Counted from the stretch's first letter, positions 1 through 13,200 are shown. The stretch is 64,000 nt of DNA from an uncultured Planctomycetota bacterium (GCA_963823665.1 CAWGMQ010000004.1:2528001-2592000); one strand, 5' to 3'. Numbers and translations are program-made. Notes: generated from the letters alone by a model not told the origin.

Positions 1-196
1 TGGGCAACTGATAGTGAAGTCCGCGCAGCACGCCCTGTTCGGAGTAGGATACGTTGTCTTGCACGAACTGCGTGGGCAGTCCCGCCGTGGCGAAGCTTCC
101 GACGTGGAAGCTTTCGAAGAAGAAGCCCCGGTCATCGCGAAACCGGCGCGGCTCGAGGACCAGCACGCCCGGCAATTCAGTCGTCACGACGTTCAT
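1..196 (-). CDS. rfbC: dTDP-4-dehydrorhamnose 3,5-epimerase (5' part, runs off window)
   Basis: Manual minus-strand translation MNVVTTELPGVLVLEPRRFRDDRGFFFESF...FVQDNVSYSEQGVLRGLHYQLP has the RmlC motifs DxRGxF and GVLRGLHYQ; absent from the ORF track because it is truncated. Confidence 0.93.
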   Translation of the reverse strand, partial: MNVVTTELPGVLVLEPRRFRDDRGFFFESFHVGSFATAGLPTQFVQDNVSYSEQGVLRGLHYQLP

Positions 197-542
197 TCGA
201 CGGTAGATCCGATCTAGCCAACCCCGAGCTCAAGAGAGCCGACCATCCTTGTTCCTCGATGCATCGGATCGTCTCGGGATCGGGAACCTCAGGGTGCCTT
301 CCGGTGCAACCGGCACAATCTAACAAACCGTTCCGCCCACGTCGACGAGCCGGCCAATGTCAACCATCTGGGGCAGCTCAAGCCCTGCCGATTCGGCCAC
401 GTACCCGGTGCAGCCCCGGTCTGGGGGAGAGGGGTTCCCTCGATTGACCTCTGGAGAGAGGTAGTTCTATAATGTCTTATCAGGCGGAAAGTCACGTCTC
501 GTCCGGCGGATCGCCGGTCTGCGTGCAACGTGCGAGCACGCC

Positions 543-1073
543 ATGCCGATCACGTACTACAAGCGTTTTCGAATGGAGATTGACCTTGACGGCGCAATCA
601 CTGGAGGCACGTTGCCGCGCCGTTTTCTCTGGGTTCCCTGGGACGAATCGCTGGTGGAACCGCATTCGCAGGTGAAATACCAGAGCTTCGTCGGCGAAGT
701 GGATGCTTACATTTTCCCCTGCCTAGGTGACCGAAGCGGATGCCGGCGATTGATGTGTGAGATCCGGCGTAAACCCGGATTTCTACCGGGGGCCACGTGG
801 CTGGTTGCCTGCGACGAAGGCTATGTGGGGGCGGTCCAAGGCGTGATTGACCAGGGTCCCATCGGCGCGATCCAGAACGTGGGCGTCCTGCCGGACTTTC
901 GCGGCCAAGGGCTCGGGAAGGCACTGGTTCGTCGCGCGCTCGCGGGATTCTTTCAAGCGGGATTGCAACGGGCCTACCTCGAAGTTACTGCGCAGAACGA
1001 CAGCGCTGTCCAGTTGTACCGAGATCTCGGGTTCCGTCGAGCACAAACGCTTTACAAAGCCATACGCGACTAG
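543..1073 (+). CDS. GNAT family N-acetyltransferase
   Basis: Acetyl-CoA motif VLPDFRGQGLGKAL and LEVTAQNDSAVQLYRDLGF. Confidence 0.9.
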   Translation: MPITYYKRFRMEIDLDGAITGGTLPRRFLWVPWDESLVEPHSQVKYQSFVGEVDAYIFPCLGDRSGCRRLMCEIRRKPGFLPGATWLVACDEGYVGAVQGVIDQGPIGAIQNVGVLPDFRGQGLGKALVRRALAGFFQAGLQRAYLEVTAQNDSAVQLYRDLGFRRAQTLYKAIRD

Positions 1074-1349
1074 CAAAACCGGGGTGGAAGGGAAAAATAA
1101 AGGCTGTTCGAGCGGGTCGGCTGCCGGTTGGTGCTGACGAATGAGCGGTAGAGCGGCCGGAAACGGAGTTATTCTGTGTGGGAGGTGAGTCCCGTGTGTT
1201 CGCGGCGCTCTTCAACCGGGTAGGACGGTTGTGATAGGCTTTTCTGGTCGTGCAGACTTTCGTTTCGTCGAACAGAGCCGATGGGTTCGGCAAGAATCGT
1301 TGGCTCGTCGCGACGAAGGACACTGCGAGGTTATCCCCAAGCGTACGAG

Positions 1350-2667
1350 GTGTCTGTGCCCGCCGCATCTCCATCAACGATTCAGCAGCACACGTACCCG
1401 AACGGGCTAGTCCTGGTTGCCGAGACGATGACGGGTGTGCAATCGGCGGCGTTCACGCTACTGTTGCCGGCAGGGGCGGCGTATGAGAGTGCTCTCGGTT
1501 TGAACTTGAAAGGCGGGGCCGCGACGATGGCGGCCGAGTGGATCACTCGAGGAGCTGGGCCGCGCGACAGCCGAGAGCTTCTGACAGCGCTTGACAATCT
1601 GGGGGTCAGCCACGCCGAGAGCGCACAGACGCTGCACACGTCTCTCGCGGGTGCGACAATGTCGCGTAATCTGGTTCCGGCGCTGGAGATCCTGGCGGAT
1701 ATGGTGCTTCATCCCCACCTTGAGGATGACGAGTTCGAGCCGATCCGTGCACTCTGTCTGCAGAATCTGCGCAGCCTCGAGGACGATCCGGGCTCGAAGG
1801 TCATCTACGAATTGCGGCGTCGGCACTTTCCGGATCCGTGGGGGCGACCCTCGCCGGGGACACCGGAGGGGGTGTCGTCGCTGACGCCTGGAGGATCTGC
1901 GCGGATTCCTCGCGGCATCCTACCGACCGAACGGGGCAATCCTGGGTGTGGCGGGCGCGATCGACTGGCCGAAGGCTTCGCGACTGCGTCGGCGAGCTTT
2001 TCGGCGGGTGGAAGGCACAGCCCGCGCCGAAGGTGGTGGAGCGCCCCGCCGGTCCGCATCGCGATCACATCATCCGCGAGACGCAGCAAATCCAGATTGC
2101 GCTTGCTTATCCCACAGCGACAGTCTCGAGCCCCGACTACTACCGGGCGCTGGCCACAACGGCGATCCTGGGCGGTTATTCGTCGGCTCGCCTTTTCACC
2201 GAGGTCCGTGAGAAGCGCGGATTGTGCTACTCGGTTTACGCCGCGTATGAAGGTCAGCTCGAACGAGCGGCGATGCTGTGCTATGCCGGGAACTTCGACC
2301 GACCGGGCCCAGCAGACCCTCGATGTGGTGCTCGATGAGATCGAGCGACTGGGTGAGCGGGGGCGTGGCGCTCGACGAGCTCGAGACGATGCGAGCCGGC
2401 CTCAAGAGCTCGCTGATCATGGCCCAGGAATCGAGCATGAGCCGTTCGGGCTCGCTTGCGTCCGACTGGTTCTTCCTGGGGAGGGTCAGGCCGATCGTGG
2501 AGATCGCCGCCGAGCTCGATGCTCTGACGCCGGCGGCGGTCTCAGAGTACGCCGCGCAGATGCAGAGCGAACGGCGAACCGACGATCGTGACTCTGGGGC
2601 CCAATTCCCTGCAGGCTTCCCCCTTAACTCAGGGCCGGGGTCGGCGGTTGCCGGCGGCGGCCGATGA
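1350..2667 (+). CDS. M16 (pitrilysin) family peptidase, non-catalytic subunit, frameshifted
   Basis: YPNGLVLVAE, ILGGYSSARLFTEVREKRGLCYSV across frames 1281/1838/2278; no HxxEH; stop position approximate. Confidence 0.85.
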
Positions 2668-2727
2668 CTCGCTGCCTCGGGCACCGCTTCGATCTAACCT
2701 CGTTTCTTCTGGGAACGGTCGAATATC

Positions 2728-3969
2728 ATGCAATTTCATCACGCGACACTCGACAATGGGCTCGAAGTCATCGCCGAGCTCAACGACCGCGCGCTCTCCG
2801 TCGCCGCGGGCTTCATCGTCAAGGCCGGCAGCCGCGACGAGCCAGCCAGTGTGGCCGGCGTGTCGCACTTCCTCGAGCACATGACATTCAAGGGGACGGA
2901 TCGGCGCGACGCGGTTGCCGTCAACCACGACTTCGATCGGGTCGGTGCCAAGCACAACGCGCAGACGTCGGAAGAAGACACGTTCTATCACGTGACTTGC
3001 CTGCCGGAGTACCTGCCGCAATCGTTCGACGTTCTGGCTGACATCCTCAGGCCGACGCTTGCGAGTCGACGATTTCGAGACCGAGAAGCAGGTCATCATC
3101 GAAGAGATCCGGATGTACCTGGATAACCCCATGTCGGTGGCTTACGAAGCAGCCAAACTGGCTCATTTCGGCAATCATCCGCTGGGCAACAGCATCCTGG
3201 GCACGGTGGAATCGATCACGAGCCTCGAAGCGGACCAGATGCGCGACTACTTCGCGCGGCGGTACAGTCCGTCCAACATCGTGCTCGCGTTCGCCGGCAA
3301 TGCTGGGTGGAATCGAGCTCCTCGAACTGGCGCGCGGTCACTGCGGCAAATGGGAGGGAGGCGTCGCGACCCGAGATGCCAGGTCGTATCGGGGGTCGCC
3401 GTCATTCCGGGCGATTCTCCGCGCCGATGACCAGCAACAGACGATCGTGGCCGTCTGCAGCGGGCCGCCACTGGAAAGTGCCGACCGCTATGCGGCGCAT
3501 CTGCTGGCAACCATCCTGGGCGACCACACCGGATCGCGGCTCTACTGGACGTTGATCGACCCAGGGCTTGCCGACGGCGCCGAGCTTTCGTACCAGGACT
3601 ACAACCAGGCGGGCTCGTACTTCACGTTCTTGAGTTGTGAGCCCGAACAGGCTGAAGCCAACCTCGGCCAGATCGCCGAGCTTTACAAAACAGTGAATCA
3701 CGACGGGGTGACGCAGGACGAGCTGAACCAGGCCAAGAACAAGGTCCTGGCTCGCTCGGTGCTGCGAAGCGAGCGGCCGATGGGCCGCCTGTCGTCGCTG
3801 GGGTTCCACTGGATGTATCGCCGGCTCTATATTCCGGTCGAAGAAGAGCTCGAGGCCTATACGCCGCGTCACAATCGAAGACCTGCGGCGGCTCTTGCAC
3901 GACTGGCCGCTCTGGCCGCTGTCGATTGTCTCGGTGGGCCCGACGACCGATATCCGCCCGCCGGAGTGA
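2728..3969 (+). CDS. M16 family zinc peptidase, catalytic subunit, frameshifted
   Basis: LDNGLEVI, GSRDE, GVSHFLEHMTFKGT (HxxEH), EKQVIIEEI; pieces 2728, 3059, 3300. Confidence 0.9.
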
Positions 3970-3985
3970 ACGCGAGAGACGATCG

Positions 3986-5254
3986 ATGAGCTTTGTATCC
4001 CACCTGTCGTGTTCGGTCTGTGGTGCGGAGTACCCGGCGACACGGGTGATGAACCTGTGCGAGCGCGACAACCGGCCGGTCCAGATGGTACTCGATCTGG
4101 ATCGGCTCAGAAGAATGACCGGTCCAGATGGCTGGTGGAACCCGTCGCGGCGCGATATGTGGCGTTTCGGTGGATTGCTTCCCCTCGATATCAACGACCC
4201 AGTCGATTGCCGTCACGTGATGTCGCTGGGCGAGGGGTACACACCGTGCCTGCAGATACGATCATCCGCTGGCCGAGAAGCTCGGCTGCCGGCTCGAGAT
4301 CAAGGATGAAGGGAAGCACTACCGCGGATTCGGGGGTAATCCGACGCTATCGTTCAAAGACCGGGGGATGGCCATGACGGTGGCAATGGCCCGCTCGCTG
4401 GGACTTTCGAAGCTGGCGGTGCCAACCCAGGGGAACGCGGGTGATTCGCTGGCCGAATATGCCGTCGCGGCGGGAATCGAGGCAGTGATCGTCATGGCGC
4501 CGGAGACCGATCTACCGGTGCTGGGCAAAGTGGCTGCGTACGCGCGGCTTTATCCTGAGCACGTCAAGCTGGAGATTGTACCGGGAACGATCATCGACTG
4601 CGGCAAGCGAGTGCGTGAAGAGTATGTTCCGCGAGGTTATTTCAGCGTTGCAACTTTCCAAGAGCCTGGCTGGCGCACTGAAGGAAAGAAGACGCTGGGT
4701 CTCGAGATGGCCGAGCCGGCGGGCGAGGTCCAGTCAAGGGCGCTGGCAGCTACCGGATGTGATCGTGTATCCAACCGGCGGGGGAACGGGCGTGGTGGGG
4801 ATGGCGAAGGCATTTGACGAGCTCGAGGCGCTGGGACTGGTCGGCGCCGCGCGGCCGCGGATGATTTGCGTGCAGTGCACGGCCGCCACACCGATCGTGC
4901 GTGCGTTTGATCAAGGCGCAACCGACATCGAGCCGAGACCAGCCGGGGCGCACGATCGCAACCGGTCTGAACGTGGCGCAGAACCTCGGCCATATCAACG
5001 TTCTCCGAATCATCCGCGAGACAGGCGGCTGCGCCGTGTCGGTCACGGAGGAGTCGATTCGCGAGACGATTCGCGACGAATGGAGCGAGAGACGAACAGC
5101 GTGGTCGCCGGAGGGCGCGGCGACGCTCGCGGCCCTTCCCGAGCTGGCCGATCGCGGGATGATTCACCCGGGTGACCGGGTTGTGCTGGTCAACACGGCC
5201 TCGGCGGAGAAGTATCTGCCGGCGATTCGTGAGCTGCTGGACGGAGGGTTGTGA
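3986..5254 (+). CDS. thrC: threonine synthase (PLP fold type II), frameshifted
   Basis: N-terminal CxxC, SLGEGYTP, NPTLSFKDRG (PLP Lys), EGKKT, YPTGGGTG, SPEGAA. Confidence 0.85.
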
Positions 5255-5261
5255 CTTTGCG

Positions 5262-6006
5262 TCAGTCAGTGCTCGGCTCGTCTTCGATGTCGGGGATCAG
5301 TCGCTCCATAACCGGCGACAGGCGGCCCAGACGGAGGACTGACGCGATGATTTCCTTGGCCCGGCGGGGCCAGGGCATCTCGCCGACACGGGTTACCGTC
5401 TGCTCGATCGGGTACTCCGCTCGCTTGAGCTCGATCTTGTTGTCTTCGATGATGGCGAACGCGGCCCGGGGGTCTCCGTCGCGCGGCAGACCGACGCTGC
5501 CCGGATTGACTACTACGACGCCGTTGACCGACAGGTTGAACTGCACGTGAGTGTGGCCAACGCAGACGATGTCGGCTTCCACGTTGTGAACGCGCTTGGC
5601 CCACATGCCCGGGTCTTTGAGCAGATATTCATCGAGAGGATCGCGTGGCGTGGCGTGCACGAGCAAGAATCGCCTGCCGTCGAGGGTGAAGCGGCGCGTG
5701 ACCGGCAACTGCAGCAGATAACGGCGTTCATCGGGCCCCAGCGCTTCCCACATCGACGGCCTGGTCGCCTTGGTCGAGATAGCGAAACCCGGACTCGCCG
5801 GTAACGGGGATGTCCTGGGCGACGCCGTGGTCGTGATTGCCCCGGATGGCATAAGTCGCATGCTTCATCGCCCAGCGAACACACGGAAGCGGATCGGGGC
5901 CGTAATCGACCAGGTCGCCGAGGCACAGACAGACGTCATACGGCTCATTGATGGCCGAGAGCGCCGCCCAGTTGGCGTGAATGTCCGAGACGACGAGAAT
6001 CCTCAT
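5262..6006 (-). CDS. calcineurin-like metallophosphoesterase, frameshifted
   Basis: SDIHAN, GDLVDYG, GNHD, GHTH, NPGSVG. Confidence 0.9.
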
Positions 6007-6103
6007 GCGGCAAAATCACTTGCTTTTGTTCGGGAGAGGCAGAGGAGTTATACCGAGATGGAGCGAGAACGCAACAGTTCACTCCTCCAGGATAACGAAT
6101 TGT

Positions 6104-8971
6104 TTAATTCATTTTCGACAGGAGAACGGCCAGATTGTGCCGGGCCTCGGCGTGAGCAGGATCGATTGCGAGAATCGCTCGAAGCGCGGATTCAGCGGCG
6201 TGCGGGTCGCGTCCCTCCTGGAGTAGGATATGACTGAGGATCACTCGCGGTTTCAAGGCGTGGGGATTTCTTGCGATCGGCTCCTCGAGCGCTGCACGAG
6301 CGGCCGTGAATTCCTTTCGCTTCAGCAGAGCACGAGCCTGAAAGAGGGCTGCGTCGTCGTTTGCCTCGGGTGTCTCTCGCAAACGCCGCGTCACGGCGTC
6401 GAGGTCATTCCACAGGCCCATAGCCAGGTACAGCTCGCCCAGGCCAAGCCATGCCGGGGTGAAGTCAGGCCGCTCGGCGACGACAGCTTGCCACTGGGCC
6501 CGCGCCGCGTCGAGCCGGCCTTGGTCCTGGTAGAGCACGGCGAGGTTGTGGCGGGCCTTGTATCCGCGCAGCCCTGGATCGACGCTGGCAAAGTGGTCTC
6601 GTTCGCGTGAATCTAGCAATTGCTTGAGACGAGCCTCGGCGCCGGTCCAGTCGCCCATGCCGCGAAGGATTAAACCCTCCTGAAAGAGTAACTCGGCGTC
6701 CTCGGGATAGACCTCGCGGCCATTGCGGCAGAATTCGAGAGCAGCCGTGGGCTGTTCGAGCCGCCGGTGGCACTGCACGATCAGTGCGTAGAGCTTGCGC
6801 ACGATTGAATCTGTCGGGTGCGATTGCGCCAAGCTACGTTTGAGGAGTGGAAGAGCGTCGGCCAATCTCCCCTGCTCCACGTAGACCGAGGCCATGTTGA
6901 AGAGCACAAACGGCTCATTGGGGTCTTCGGCGAGCGATTGCTCGAGCAGACGGATGTCGCGCTCGAGCTTGGCGCGGCGCAACGCAGGCGCCTGGTATCC
7001 GACGTGGCGAATGGTCACATCGGCCCATTGCACCGGGGTTCCGCGTCGGCGTAGTGATGGCATGATCTGCTCGTGAACACGATATCGCCACCGGAGTTGT
7101 GGATCGTTTCGAAACAAGCGGACGTGATCGACAACCGTGTCGGAGCCCGGCCCGAGAGCGGGGTCTGCCGGGCAGAGACATTTCATCACATAAGCAGCAT
7201 TCTCGTCTTTCAGCTCCGCGAACAGAGCACGGAGCTTCTGGCGCTCGCCTTGATCGAGCCGGTCGTCGGCGTCGAGCCAGAAAATCCACTCGCCGGTTGC
7301 ATGACGGAGCGATTCGTTGCGGGCTGCGGCGAAGTCGTCGACCCAGGGGAACTCGAAGACGCGAGCCCCCAAACGTTGGGCGATCTCTCGCGTTCGGTCC
7401 GTCGAGCCGGTGTCGACGACGATCATTTCATCCACCAAGCCGCAAACGGAGCCGAGACAATCGGCCAGATTCGCCTCTTCGTTCTTGACGATCAAACAGA
7501 GCGAGACCTGCGGCCTGGCACTCTGGGCGGCGGTGGCCGCAGGGGGCAGGCGATAGCCGGAGGAACGGGCTGGGCCCCATTTTTCGTGGAACAGCGCGAA
7601 GTTCGTCTCAAGCTGCGTCCGGCAATCGATGCCGAGAGCAGCAAAGGTACGGCTGCCGGAATGGTGGATGAAGACGTCAAGGGCGACGAGGAGACGAAAG
7701 CCGGCCTCACGAGCGCGCACGCAGAGGTCATCGTCGTCGAAGAAACCCAGGCCGAAGCGCTCGTCGAAGTTACCGATCTTGTCGAGTACCTCACGCCTGA
7801 TGAGCAAGCAGAAGCTGGTGAGGCGATCGAGCCGCATTGCGCGGCCGGCGAATTCACGGCGCCGACGGGAGGCGAAGGAATCCAGCCCGTTCAGTGTTGC
7901 GAAATCATAGTCGTACTCAACGTGCTGGGGAGAAGCCGCGGAATTACTCACGACGCCCACCAAACCGACGCTGGGCCACTCGTGGAGGGACCAGGCGATC
8001 ATGTTATCAAGCCAGCCCTCGGTAACGATGGTGTCGTTGTTAAGCAGCACGACGAATCTTCCCCGTGCGCGCTCGATCGCCTGATTGCATCCGGCAGGAA
8101 AGCCCCGGTTGGTCGCATTCGTGATCACCTCGACGCGATCCGGCTCCTGCCGCAGGCGGATCTCGTGCAAATAGCCAGGCGTTTCGTCCGTCGAGCCGTT
8201 ATCGACCAACAGTAGCTCGAAGGGGCGCCGTGTCCACCGCAGCACGCTTTCCAGGCACGCGCGGGTACATTCAATCTGGTTGCAGCACAGGATCACGATC
8301 GAGGCGCGGTCATCGTCAGAGGGTGGTGCGACGTCGAACCAGGATTCCGGCGGCACCAGCTCGGGGGCTGCTTCCGAGAGCAGCCGACGCTCGTATGCGA
8401 AGCGGCGTGCGAGCCGGCGCTCACCGGAATCGCTCAAATTGTTAAAGAGCTCGCGAGCGGCCTCGACATCGAACGGGTTATTTTCAAGAGCCCAGCCGGT
8501 GCGGTCGATCGGTTTTTCTGTGCGACGACCGGCACGTCGGCCAGCCGCCCGCGCTGTGATTGAGGGCCATTCGCGGTCAAGCAATGCGATCAGTGCGTCC
8601 CAGTCGGCTGGCGATCCGAACGAATGGATGCGTTGTGCAACCGCCCCCGCAACGATCCGGTCGCACCACTGCCAGAGCCGGCTCGCCGGGCCAGGAGCGA
8701 CATCACCGTCCGGAGCCAGGCCGATCACGGGTGGAGGCGCCGAGCACGGCCAATGCAGGGCCGGGAAGCTCCCCAGGTCGAGAAGGATGAAATCGGGCCG
8801 CCAACCTGCCGGCAGTTGCGCCTCAATCGAGGGCCAGGACGCTTCAGGCCGGGTGACGATGTCGACTCCAGGAGCGGCGCCGAATGTCAGGCACTCGCCG
8901 GAAAGGCGATGCCGTTCCGGAACTACGCGCGAATCGATCGCCAGCGGGCCGAAGAGATAACGAAGACCCAT
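6104..8971 (-). CDS. tandem GT2 glycosyltransferase with C-terminal TPR repeats
   Basis: First GT-A domain (VDNGSTD, LLNND), second GT2 (SLCLIVKNEE, DTGSTD, WLDADD, YRVHEQ), then TPR helices. Confidence 0.9.
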   Translation of the reverse strand: MGLRYLFGPLAIDSRVVPERHRLSGECLTFGAAPGVDIVTRPEASWPSIEAQLPAGWRPDFILLDLGSFPALHWPCSAPPPVIGLAPDGDVAPGPASRLWQWCDRIVAGAVAQRIHSFGSPADWDALIALLDREWPSITARAAGRRAGRRTEKPIDRTGWALENNPFDVEAARELFNNLSDSGERRLARRFAYERRLLSEAAPELVPPESWFDVAPPSDDDRASIVILCCNQIECTRACLESVLRWTRRPFELLLVDNGSTDETPGYLHEIRLRQEPDRVEVITNATNRGFPAGCNQAIERARGRFVVLLNNDTIVTEGWLDNMIAWSLHEWPSVGLVGVVSNSAASPQHVEYDYDFATLNGLDSFASRRRREFAGRAMRLDRLTSFCLLIRREVLDKIGNFDERFGLGFFDDDDLCVRAREAGFRLLVALDVFIHHSGSRTFAALGIDCRTQLETNFALFHEKWGPARSSGYRLPPAATAAQSARPQVSLCLIVKNEEANLADCLGSVCGLVDEMIVVDTGSTDRTREIAQRLGARVFEFPWVDDFAAARNESLRHATGEWIFWLDADDRLDQGERQKLRALFAELKDENAAYVMKCLCPADPALGPGSDTVVDHVRLFRNDPQLRWRYRVHEQIMPSLRRRGTPVQWADVTIRHVGYQAPALRRAKLERDIRLLEQSLAEDPNEPFVLFNMASVYVEQGRLADALPLLKRSLAQSHPTDSIVRKLYALIVQCHRRLEQPTAALEFCRNGREVYPEDAELLFQEGLILRGMGDWTGAEARLKQLLDSRERDHFASVDPGLRGYKARHNLAVLYQDQGRLDAARAQWQAVVAERPDFTPAWLGLGELYLAMGLWNDLDAVTRRLRETPEANDDAALFQARALLKRKEFTAARAALEEPIARNPHALKPRVILSHILLQEGRDPHAAESALRAILAIDPAHAEARHNLAVLLSKMN

Positions 8972-9334
8972 GAGCTAACCCCGCATCGACGGTGTTGGCC
9001 GCCGCCAATCGTACCGCGGACAGGCTCGTACTCATCAGACATCGGCGCAGCAGTACGGGCAAGCCCCTCTGCGCCAACTCGAGCGCCGAGAATCAACCGT
9101 TCGATGCAAAAATCGATAAAAAAAACAACATTGTTGACTCGTGCGCTCGTTATGGATTATCTCTCTCAGCGATTGGTCAGATTTGCCGACGAATTTGACA
9201 CCTGTGAATGCGTTTTCTATAGCTTGCACGGCGCCATAGATAGCGATTACTGAATAGCCTGCTTAGACATTACTCGTCGCGTACGTCGTTGCTACCTGAT
9301 CGAGATTCAGAAGACAAACCGGGAGAGTAACACC

Positions 9335-10207
9335 GTGTGCACGACCGTGAGTGTGCGGAGGGGCGGTGTAAGGCTGTCGTTTGCGGTAGCGATGGTGCTA
9401 CTGCTTGGGGGGGCGACGCTTGACGCGTATGCCGGCGACATCATCCTGTTCACGGCATCGACTGACTACACGTTGAATAATCCGTCCGGCGGCTACAGCT
9501 TTCCGAACGACCCCACGAATCAGAATCCCAATCTGCCGGCGATTTCGAACGGGGTGACGCTTTCGCCGACTTTGGGAGGGCTGAGCAACACGCTGGTCGG
9601 CCCGCTGCCGGACGGGACGACTTACGGCCCCGCCGGCTTCATCCCGAATGCTGGTGGTACGACCGGCTGGGTGACCACGAGCTACACTTTTGGTGCGAGT
9701 GGGACCTTCCAGATCATATGGGAGGTGGCCGAGGTCTATGCGCGCAAGGCGGCGATGCGCTGGCGACTGACAACATCAGACTCAACGGCAACGAGGTTGT
9801 GCAATTCCAGCCGGGGGGCATGCTGCCGACCGGCTACTTCGGCACCGGCAGCTTTGGGACAACAGCGGGTGTGCCCGGGCTACCGACGTCGGGAGGCGAC
9901 CCTGGATTCGCGTGGATGGACGTCCAGCCTAGCAGCAGCACTGGGGTCTCACCCATCTTCGACTCGTCGGGCGATGTGTATTCGGCATCCCAGCTTTTTT
10001 CGGCGACGATCACTGTCAACGCGCTGGACACGCTCAGCCTTGACGTCGCCTTCATGACCAATGATGGCACGCCGTACAGCGACTACGGGGTCGTCGCCCT
10101 GCAATCCATACCCGAGCCATCGAGCTTGGTCCTCGCCGTGCTGGGGCTCGTGGGCGTCGCGGGGCTGGCTGTGCGTCGTCGCCGGCACGCAAATCTGCGC
10201 AGATTGA
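9335..10207 (+). CDS. PEP-CTERM sorting domain protein, frameshift near 9740
   Basis: Signal peptide ending AYA; C-terminus IPEPSSLVLAVLGLVGVAGLAVRRRR; true stop uncertain. Confidence 0.85.
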
Positions 10208-10278
10208 AGCAATCCGGCGATTGGCCGGACGAACGATCTCTGCACCTGGGTTCTGTCTTCAAGGATCGAGGTATCCAG

Positions 10279-13200
10279 ATGAGAAGGAAGCCCTTCCTCG
10301 TTGGGTGGCGCCGATCGCGTTCCGAGCGGCCGCGGCGTGCCACGGTACACCTGCAGGTCATCCGCCTGGAGTCGCGGTGGCTGCTGTCGGGGCCCGGGAT
10401 CGTCGAGTATCCGGCGACATCGTCGGCGTCTCAGCCGTTGTCGGCGGCCGCCGGAGTCGACGGCAACCTGTGGGTGACTGAGTACGCGGCCAAGGAAGTG
10501 GTCGCGTTTTCGTCGACGGGAGCGATCGTCAAGTCGATTGCGGTTTCCGGGAACCCCTACGGCATCACGGCTGCAGCCCGACGGCACGCTCTGGGTGACC
10601 GAGAACGGGACCACTCCGTACATTGGCCACCTCTCGACGGCCGGCACGGGGTCTGTGCTGGCGCAGTATGCCCTGACCGCGGGGACCAGTCCCGAGGGAA
10701 TCACGGCGGGTCCGGACGGCAACATCTGGTTCGTCGGTTATGGCACGAGCGTGGTGGGCAAGGTGACGTCAGGGGGTGCGATCACGACGTATGCACTTTC
10801 CTCGGGCAGCCGGCCAGTGGGGATCACCACGGGGTCAGACAACAACCTGTGGGTAACCGAGGCGGTCGGCAACCGTATCGCACGAGTCACGACGGGCGGT
10901 CAGATCACGGAGTTCGCCGTTCCGACGAAGTCTGCCATGCCGTGGGGTATCGCAGCCGGTCCGGGTGGGAACATCTGGTTCACGGAGGATGGCGCGGCCA
11001 AGATTGGGCGGATCACGACGAGCGGGGTGATCACGGAGTTTTCGCTGGCCGCCGGCGTGTGCCCCTACGGCATCGTCACCGGGCCTGACGGCAACCTCTG
11101 GTTCACCGAGTACACAGCCAACGTGCTAGGGCGGATCACGCCCTCGGGGTCGATCACGCAATACACGCTGCCGACGACCAAATCGGCCCCGCAAGGCATC
11201 GCGGTCGGGCCGAAGCAGACCTCGATCTGGTGGACCGAGCCCGGCGCCGGCCAGGTGGGCAAGCTGGCGTGGCTGGTCAAGGGTCAGTCGAATATGAGGG
11301 ATCCGTCGACGCCGTACGACGACTTTGCCATGGGAGAGATCAGCCCGGATGATGGCGACGAGCAAACGGACATTCCGATCGACCCGACAGGGTCGTGCAA
11401 CTGCGGGACGGATGCCGCTGCCGACATGGACGCCGATTTATCCCTGGATTACAACTCCGACACGGTGGATGTGCGCCCGATCATCGAGACGACGTACTAC
11501 AGCGATCCGAACGGGCCGGTGCCGACGTCGATCCAGCTCACGCTCACATGGAACAACGGCGCGCCTCAGGCGCCGGTGACGTTTACCCCTGGTAGCGGCC
11601 ACAGCCCGGGCGACGTTTACGAGTTGAGCGTCCAGGTTGCGGCGCCGGTAACGACCACCGGGGTTTATTCCTGGAGCGTGGCCATCCAGACCACGTTGCC
11701 CGGTGGCAGCACAATCAATAACTCGATTAGCGGTTCCGCCGCCGTGGTGGCGAACGGCTCGACCGATCCCTACGGACAGGGATGGAGCGTGGGGGGGACG
11801 GCGAAGCTAGTTTCTGACGGCAATGGAGGCTATCTCTGGGTAGACGGCGACGGCGGTAGCCGGGACTTCATGGCGGGCAACGGTACGACGTTCGTCAGTC
11901 CGCCGAATGACTTGGGGACGCTCGTCAAGAACGGCAACGGAACCTTCACGTACACCGATCCGCAGCAGGAAACGTGGAACTTCAACAGCCAGGGGCAGCT
12001 CACCAGTACCGTATTGCCCGATGGACCGTCGCAGACCTTCAGCTACAACGGATCGGGTGCCTTGACCGAAGTTACTGATCCCGGGGGCTGGACGGCGACG
12101 TTCACCTACAACGGATCTGGCCGGCTGGCCGATGTTGTCGAGCCTGGGGGCCGCACGGTGACGTTCACGTACAACTCGTCGGATGACCTGACGGGCGTGA
12201 CGATGCCCGACGGCAGCCTGCGCACGTTTACATACGACTCGATGGGCCACATGACCAACGATTCGTTGGGCACGCAGAGCACGACGTACACCTACGATTC
12301 ACAGGGAGCACTGAGCGGCGCTAATGCGGGATTGGGTGACACGATGGGGCTGGTTCCCTCATCGATCCAGGGCTTGCAGACCACCCCGGCGATCGACGCG
12401 AGCCAGGACGTCGGCGTGGTGACCGATGGGCTGGGTCGGGTGACGAGTTACACATATAATGGGATAGGCCAGCCGACCCAGATCCAGACGCCCGATGGCG
12501 GTATTCAGACCTGGCAGCGCGATTTCGCGGGGCAGCCCACGGTCTACACCGATGAGCTGGGCCGCGTGACGACCTACACGTACCAGTACGGCGCGGGCGA
12601 CGGCGAGCTGACGCAGGTGACGAACCCCGACGGCAGCACCATCCAGTACCAGTACAATGCGACTTTCCACGAAGTTACGCAGGAAACGGATGCTCTCGGC
12701 CGCGTCACCACATATATGTACAACTCCCAGGGCGACTTGACCGAGACGATTGATCCGATGGGCAGGGTGACGACGGAGGTATGGTCGAACGGCCTGCTCC
12801 AGAGCACGACCGACCCGCTGGGCCACACCACGACTTACCAGTACAACAGCCAGCGCGAGGAGATTGACCAGATCGATCCTCTGGGCCGAGTCACGACGTA
12901 CAGCTATGACCCGGCCGGCAACCAGATTGCGGTCGACGATCCGATGGGCCGGGTGACGACCACCGTCTACGATGGGATGCGACGGGTGATCGAGACGATC
13001 GATCCTTTGGGCCGGACCACCACGACGCTTTACGACGCCAACGGTGATGTGACTGAAACCATCGACCCGATGGGTCGGATCAGCACCACGCTCTACGACG
13101 TGGACGGCCGCGTCACCGAGTCAATTGACCCGATGGGCCGGATCACCACCACTCTGTATGACGCGGATGGTGAGGTGACCGAAACCATCGACCCGCTGGG

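Noticed and set aside
9718..11088. Apparent in-frame fusion of the PEP-CTERM protein to the RHS protein
   Set aside because: PEP-CTERM is a C-terminal signal, a TGA lies out of frame at 10205, and the RHS gene has its own GAGG RBS, ATG and export motif; probably an indel
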